Positions 27,361-32,000 of a DNA stretch of 32,000 bases are shown piece by piece. The position numbers and the translations under genes were made by a program. The notes under the pieces were generated by a model. The model was not told the origin of the DNA. It saw only the letters and a list, made by a program, of their open reading frames with translations, and did not search any database. Location of the stretch: the NCBI RefSeq assembly GCF_900167395.1, contig NZ_FUWK01000006.1, forward strand, positions 30,001 to 62,000, given 5' to 3'. The DNA comes from Nitrosomonas europaea (GTDB lineage: Bacteria > Pseudomonadota > Gammaproteobacteria > Burkholderiales > Nitrosomonadaceae). The stretch's first letter is position 1. The number at the start of each line of letters is the position of its first letter.

Positions 27361-29779
27361 AGTTGACCACCTGGATGGGAAATTGAATACACCCTCATCA
27401 CCAACAACAATTGAATTACCCATCGAGGGAATGACATGCGCTGCATGCGCTGCCCGGATCGAGAAAAATCTCAACAAACTGCCGGGCGTGCATGCAGCTG
27501 TCAATTTTGCCAATGAGAAAGCCCTCATAAAGTTCGATCACGATTCCACCCACCCTGAAGAGCTGGTTCAATCCATCGAAAAGGCAGGATTCCAGGTCCC
27601 GGAACAGACCGTACAGCTGCAAATCAGCGGCATGACTTGTGCCGCATGCGCAAATCGTATCGAAACTGTCCTGAATGAGATACCCGGAGTCAGAGCCATA
27701 TTGAATCCGGCTGCAGAAATTGCTTATATCAGCTTCAATCCCGCCATTACTTCGGTCGAGCAACTGGTTTCTGCTGTAGAAAAGGCAGGTTATGGCGCTA
27801 ATCAGATCAGTGATGACAATTACGTTAAAGAACAATCCCGCAATCAAGCTGCCTACCGGAAAGAACTCCGTATATTCTGGATCTCTGCCGCCCTGACTGT
27901 ACCCTTCATGCTGGAAATGATCATGATGCTGACGGGTAATCACAACAACCTGCTCCCTTACTGGCTGCAATGGCTGCTTGCAACGCTGATCCAGTTTTGG
28001 CCCGGCAGGCGTTTCTATATCAGCGCCTGGCGCACACTGCGTGGCGGAGGAGCCAATATGGATGTACTCATCGCACTGGGTACCAGCATGGCCTATCTCT
28101 TCAGCACCGCCGTCATCATTTTGCAACTGGACCAGCATGTTTACTTTGAGGCCAGCGCGATGATCATCACGCTCGTGCTTCTGGGCAAGCTGATGGAAAC
28201 CAGAGCAAAAAGAAAAACTTCAGCAGCCATTGAAACACTCATCAAACTTCAGCCCAAAACGGCCAGAGTCGAACGTGATGGGGAAATTATCGAGATCGAT
28301 ATCAATAGCCTTAAGAATGAGGATATTTTTCTTGTCCGCTCGGGCGAAAGCCTGCCCGCCGATGGCATCGTCATTGAAGGATCTTCCAGCATAAACGAAG
28401 CCATGTTGACAGGTGAAAGCCAGCCGGTTACCAAGCAGGTGGGCGCAAAGGTTTATGCCGCTACCCAGAATCAGCATGGTTTACTCAAATGCCGTGTAAC
28501 GGGTGTCGGTAAAAATACCCAGCTTGCAGCCATCATTCGTCTGGTTGAGATTGCACAGGGCTCTAAAGCACCTATCCAGCGTATGGCAGATACTGTCTCT
28601 GGTATTTTTGTACCAATTGTAATTGGTATCAGCATTCTGACATTGGGACTAACCTGGTGGCTTACAGGCCATTTCGTCATAGCACTCATCAATGCAGTAG
28701 CAGTACTGGTTATTGCTTGCCCTTGCGCACTGGGTCTGGCCACTCCTACTGCAATCATGGTTGGCACAGGAAGAGGAGCACAAGAAGGAATTCTGGTAAA
28801 AAACGCGACCGCACTGGAACTCGCAGAAAAAATCCAGATGCTTGTTGTAGATAAAACAGGGACGCTGACCGAAGGCCATCCATCAGTCACAGATATTATC
28901 GTGGCCGATGAGGTGAATGAGCACGATTTATTACAGATTGCAGCTTCACTGGAACAAGGCTCTGAACACCCCCTGGCAAAGGCGGTATCGCAATATGCTT
29001 CTTCATCAAAAATCAGATTATTGGCGATAACCAATTTTGCCTCTGTGACCGGCAGCGGAATCAAAGCGGATATCGACAATGCATCTTACATTCTTGGTTC
29101 ACCCAAATTTTTGGCAGAAAAAGGTGCTGTGCTCGATCAGCAGCGTATCACTGCACTCCAGACAGAAGGTAAAACCGTCGTGGGTGTCGCTATCCAAATT
29201 AATGAATCAGTCCGGGTAATCGGCTATCTTGCCATTGCGGATTCACTACGCGAAACTTCCATCAAAGCAATTCAACGCATCCAGAATCTGGGCATAGATG
29301 TCATGATGCTGACAGGTGACAACCCGACTACGGCTGCCGCCATCGCAAAACAGGCGGGAATAAAAATTTTTCATGCAGAAGTTTCGCCTCAGAATAAAGC
29401 AGCCGAAATCGAAAAAATCAAGGCAAATGGCCAGTTTGTCGGGATGGTAGGAGATGGAATCAATGATGCACCTGCACTGGCAGCCGCGAATGTGAGTTTT
29501 GCGATTGGTGCTGGATCAGATATAGCAATTGAAGCCGCTGACATTACATTGATGCGCAATGATCTGATGAGTGTTGCGGATGCCATCTCACTATCGCGCA
29601 GCACACTGCACAAAATCCGGCAGAATCTGTTTTTTGCATTCTTTTATAATATTTTAGGTATTCCACTGGCAGCAGCAGGTATGCTAAGCCCCGTAATTGC
29701 AGGTGCAGCAATGGCAATGAGTTCGGTATCAGTCATTACCAATTCATTACTGTTGAAACGCTGGCGTGCAGGCGTTTAA
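27347..29779 (+). CDS. copA: Copper-translocating P1B-type ATPase with two N-terminal HMA domains
   Basis: There are two GMTCAAC metal-binding domains. The TM CPC motif (ACPCALGLATP), DKTGTLT phosphorylation site, SEHPLA, MLTGDN and GDGINDAP are all present. The start is uncertain: GTG at 27347 overlaps the BI-1 stop by 14 nt, TTG at 27383 is the alternative, and the first in-frame ATG is the Met inside the first GMTCAAC motif. Confidence 0.93.
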   Translation: MKKTEVDHLDGKLNTPSSPTTIELPIEGMTCAACAARIEKNLNKLPGVHAAVNFANEKALIKFDHDSTHPEELVQSIEKAGFQVPEQTVQLQISGMTCAACANRIETVLNEIPGVRAILNPAAEIAYISFNPAITSVEQLVSAVEKAGYGANQISDDNYVKEQSRNQAAYRKELRIFWISAALTVPFMLEMIMMLTGNHNNLLPYWLQWLLATLIQFWPGRRFYISAWRTLRGGGANMDVLIALGTSMAYLFSTAVIILQLDQHVYFEASAMIITLVLLGKLMETRAKRKTSAAIETLIKLQPKTARVERDGEIIEIDINSLKNEDIFLVRSGESLPADGIVIEGSSSINEAMLTGESQPVTKQVGAKVYAATQNQHGLLKCRVTGVGKNTQLAAIIRLVEIAQGSKAPIQRMADTVSGIFVPIVIGISILTLGLTWWLTGHFVIALINAVAVLVIACPCALGLATPTAIMVGTGRGAQEGILVKNATALELAEKIQMLVVDKTGTLTEGHPSVTDIIVADEVNEHDLLQIAASLEQGSEHPLAKAVSQYASSSKIRLLAITNFASVTGSGIKADIDNASYILGSPKFLAEKGAVLDQQRITALQTEGKTVVGVAIQINESVRVIGYLAIADSLRETSIKAIQRIQNLGIDVMMLTGDNPTTAAAIAKQAGIKIFHAEVSPQNKAAEIEKIKANGQFVGMVGDGINDAPALAAANVSFAIGAGSDIAIEAADITLMRNDLMSVADAISLSRSTLHKIRQNLFFAFFYNILGIPLAAAGMLSPVIAGAAMAMSSVSVITNSLLLKRWRAGV

Positions 29780-29810
29780 TACACTCTTCTCTTTTTTACA
29801 AGGAATTTTT

Positions 29811-30020
29811 ATGCCGACGACCATTGTTCATATCAAAGGAATGTTCTGCGGAGGTTGTGTCAGCAGCATCAAGACCGTATTGGGAAAAATACCAGGAGTC
29901 AACAGTGTCGAAGTATCTCTCAATGATGGGCAGGCAGTGATTCAACACGATGAGTCTCTCAAAGAGGAAGTTGTCAACCAGGCAATAGAAGGTGCCGGGT
30001 TCGAGGTAGTCAAACAGTAA
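29811..30020 (+). CDS. Small heavy-metal-associated (HMA) domain protein, CopZ-like
   Basis: 69 aa from the ATG at 29811, preceded by AAGGA. It has the ferredoxin-like HMA pattern with metal site GMFCGGC. It lies 31 nt downstream of copA. The track start at 29766 overlaps copA and adds a hydrophobic extension. Confidence 0.8.
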   Translation: MPTTIVHIKGMFCGGCVSSIKTVLGKIPGVNSVEVSLNDGQAVIQHDESLKEEVVNQAIEGAGFEVVKQ

Positions 30021-30174
30021 ATTCCCTTACAGGTATTTATTGACCTCTCTGTACTCCGTTGCATGCAGCGGAGGTGCTGCAACATTCTGCTTATAAATAG
30101 TTCTCTGTCCGTCTCAAGCATGAACGATACGGGCCAAATCCTGTATCATCGCGCTTTTAACCAAATCCGCTGGC

Positions 30175-31143
30175 ATGAAAATCGTCTTTCTGGACTTTGA
30201 AAAAGGTATTGAAGAATTTGAGGCAAAAATAGAGCAGTTACGCTTTGCCCAGGATAATTCCGCGCTGGATATCTCAGCCGAAATTGCCCGTCTGCAGACA
30301 AAAAGCCTGGGGTTGACCAAAAGTGTCTATGCAAAACTCACACCCTGGCAGATTTCACAAGTGGCACGTCATCCGCAACGTCCATATACACTTGATTATG
30401 TACAACATCTGTTTACGGACTTCGAGGAGCTGCATGGTGACAGAAATTTTGCAGATGATCAGGCTATCGTAGGCGGATTGGCACGATTCAACGGACAGAC
30501 CGTCATGATTATCGGGCACCAGAAAGGCCGGGATACTAAGGAAAAAATTCACCGTAATTTTGGTATGCCCAAACCCGAGGGATATCGAAAAGCGCTCCGG
30601 CTGATGCGTCTGGCTGAAAAATTCTCAATCCCGCTGATCACGTTTATTGACACTCCAGGTGCTTACCCAGGAATAGATGCTGAAGAACGCGGGCAATCGG
30701 AGGCCATCGGCAAAAATCTGTATGTCATGGCGGGACTGAGAATCCCCATTATCTGCGTTATCATCGGTGAAGGCGGGTCGGGAGGTGCATTGGCAATTGC
30801 CGTAGGTGATACCAGTCTGATGTTGCAATATTCGACCTATTCAGTCATCTCACCCGAGGGATGTGCTTCCATTTTATGGAAAAGCGCAGATAAAGCATCC
30901 GATGCAGCCGAGATACTGGGTATCACCGCAGATCGGCTCAAAGAAATGGGTTTGATCGATAGCATCATTCCAGAACCCATTGGTGGTGCGCACCGCGACT
31001 ACCCGGTAGTAATGCAGTCTGTCAAACAGACCTTACAGGAATCACTGCGAAAACTGCAGGATATTCCTTTGGAGACATTGCTGCAGAAACGCCTTGATCG
31101 GCTGTTGGGATATGGCAGATTCAAAATCAATCAGCCCGACTGA
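30175..31143 (+). CDS. accA: Acetyl-CoA carboxylase carboxyltransferase subunit alpha
   Basis: 322 aa with [22 protein letters not shown] and [10 protein letters not shown], the AccA motifs. Confidence 0.95.
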   Translation: MKIVFLDFEKGIEEFEAKIEQLRFAQDNSALDISAEIARLQTKSLGLTKSVYAKLTPWQISQVARHPQRPYTLDYVQHLFTDFEELHGDRNFADDQAIVGGLARFNGQTVMIIGHQKGRDTKEKIHRNFGMPKPEGYRKALRLMRLAEKFSIPLITFIDTPGAYPGIDAEERGQSEAIGKNLYVMAGLRIPIICVIIGEGGSGGALAIAVGDTSLMLQYSTYSVISPEGCASILWKSADKASDAAEILGITADRLKEMGLIDSIIPEPIGGAHRDYPVVMQSVKQTLQESLRKLQDIPLETLLQKRLDRLLGYGRFKINQPD

Positions 31144-32000
31144 TATAACCGACTGCTTCTTCCACAATCTGCGCGCACAAGTCCGGCCTGGTGATCGCCT
31201 TACAGTTGCCCTCAGTGGCGGCGTGGATTCAGTAGTATTACTCCACCTGCTCACAACGTTTTCAGAATCAATGCAGCTGGAGGTATCAGCAGTCCACGTC
31301 GAACATGGTATCAGTACATACTCGGGTGAATGGAGTGCTTTTTGCCAGTCGCTTTGTGACAGCCTCGCCATACCGCTATCCATACACCGTTTAAAGATCC
31401 GCAGACGGCCACAGGAAAGTCTGGAAGCCATTGCCAGAGAAGCTCGCTATCAGATCTTCAAGCATATCCAGGCAGACTATGTCATGCTGGCCCAGCATCA
31501 GGATGATCAGGTCGAGACGCTGATACTGCAACTGCTGCGGGGTGCCGGCGTCAAGGGGCTTAGTGCTATGCCAACAGTCAGATTACTTGAACCGGGCAAA
31601 ACGATCAGGCTATTCAGGCCTTTACTCAATATTCCGCGCTCGGAAATTCTGAATTATGCCAGGTTGCATGGTTTGTCATGGGTTACCGACGAAAGCAACC
31701 TGGATACATCCTATGATCGTAATTTTTTACGACACCAGATTCTACCTTTACTGGAACAGCGCTCCCCCGCTTACCGCAAGACACTGTTCCGATCCACCCA
31801 ACACCTTGGTGAAGCCGCTCATTTACTGGATGAGCTGGCGGAAATCGATGCTGAAAATACGCTGGTTACCAACAGATTAAGCCTGCAAGGGTTGCGCAAA
31901 CTCGAACCTGCCCGTGCCAGAAATTTACTGCGTTATCTGCTGGCACAGCGCTTGATTCGATTACCAAATTCAACAAAACTCGAAGAAATTCTGCGTCAGT
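31112..32000 (+). CDS. tilS: tRNA(Ile)-lysidine synthase TilS, N-terminal about 296 aa (the 3' end lies outside the window); absent from the ORF track because no stop is reached
   Basis: My own translation of frame 2 from the ATG at 31112 stays open to base 32000. It gives [14 protein letters not shown]...[19 protein letters not shown] (PP-loop SGGxDS), then [21 protein letters not shown] and WVTDESN, which are TilS hallmarks. It overlaps the accA 3' end by 32 nt. Confidence 0.88.
   Translation, partial: MADSKSISPTDITDCFFHNLRAQVRPGDRLTVALSGGVDSVVLLHLLTTFSESMQLEVSAVHVEHGISTYSGEWSAFCQSLCDSLAIPLSIHRLKIRRRPQESLEAIAREARYQIFKHIQADYVMLAQHQDDQVETLILQLLRGAGVKGLSAMPTVRLLEPGKTIRLFRPLLNIPRSEILNYARLHGLSWVTDESNLDTSYDRNFLRHQILPLLEQRSPAYRKTLFRSTQHLGEAAHLLDELAEIDAENTLVTNRLSLQGLRKLEPARARNLLRYLLAQRLIRLPNSTKLEEILRQ

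Overview
This window is a contiguous stretch of proteobacterial chromosome with 33 supportable protein-coding genes. Gene order and protein motifs look betaproteobacterial, possibly Nitrosomonadaceae-like, but that is an inference I cannot verify here. I saw no rRNA, tRNA, CRISPR array, transposase, integrase or phage genes.

Gene content from left to right:
- The distal end of the dcw cell-wall and division cluster: murG (3' part), murC, murB, ddl, ftsQ, ftsA, ftsZ. It is closed by a clean bidirectional intrinsic terminator.
- A small convergent 80-aa ORF.
- A pstCAB phosphate-transporter operon with no pstS or phoU.
- Aconitase A (minus strand).
- A YeaD-type hexose-6-phosphate mutarotase and an FMN reductase.
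- argB, preceded on the same strand by an isolated PilH-like CheY and PilI-like CheW pair.
- A BON-domain lipoprotein and a stand-alone GlcD-like FAD oxidase.
- A nine-gene aa3-type cytochrome c oxidase structural and assembly cluster on the minus strand: coxB, coxA, a 37-aa ORF, ctaG, DUF2970, coxC, SURF1, an SCO-like gene, ctaB.
- A BI-1/YccA-family gene, then copA and a copZ-like gene.
- accA, then tilS (5' part, running off the window).

I do not see a convincing novel multi-gene system such as a defence island, toxin-antitoxin pair or secretion apparatus. The window is dominated by core housekeeping genes.

The loci most worth a second look:
1. The orphan pilH/pilI-like pair next to argB.
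2. The 467-bp coxB / BI-1 divergent intergenic region. It holds two perfect TTCGAA-centred palindromes and a strongly SD-preceded 14-codon ORF encoding Cys-Cys-His.
3. The BI-1 to copA coupling, where copA has no available ATG start.
4. The oxidase cluster, which lacks heme A synthase, carries a divergent CxxxC protein and is visibly AT-richer than its flanks.
5. pstCAB without its binding-protein gene.

All functional calls come from reading the supplied translations for family motifs. No database search was possible.
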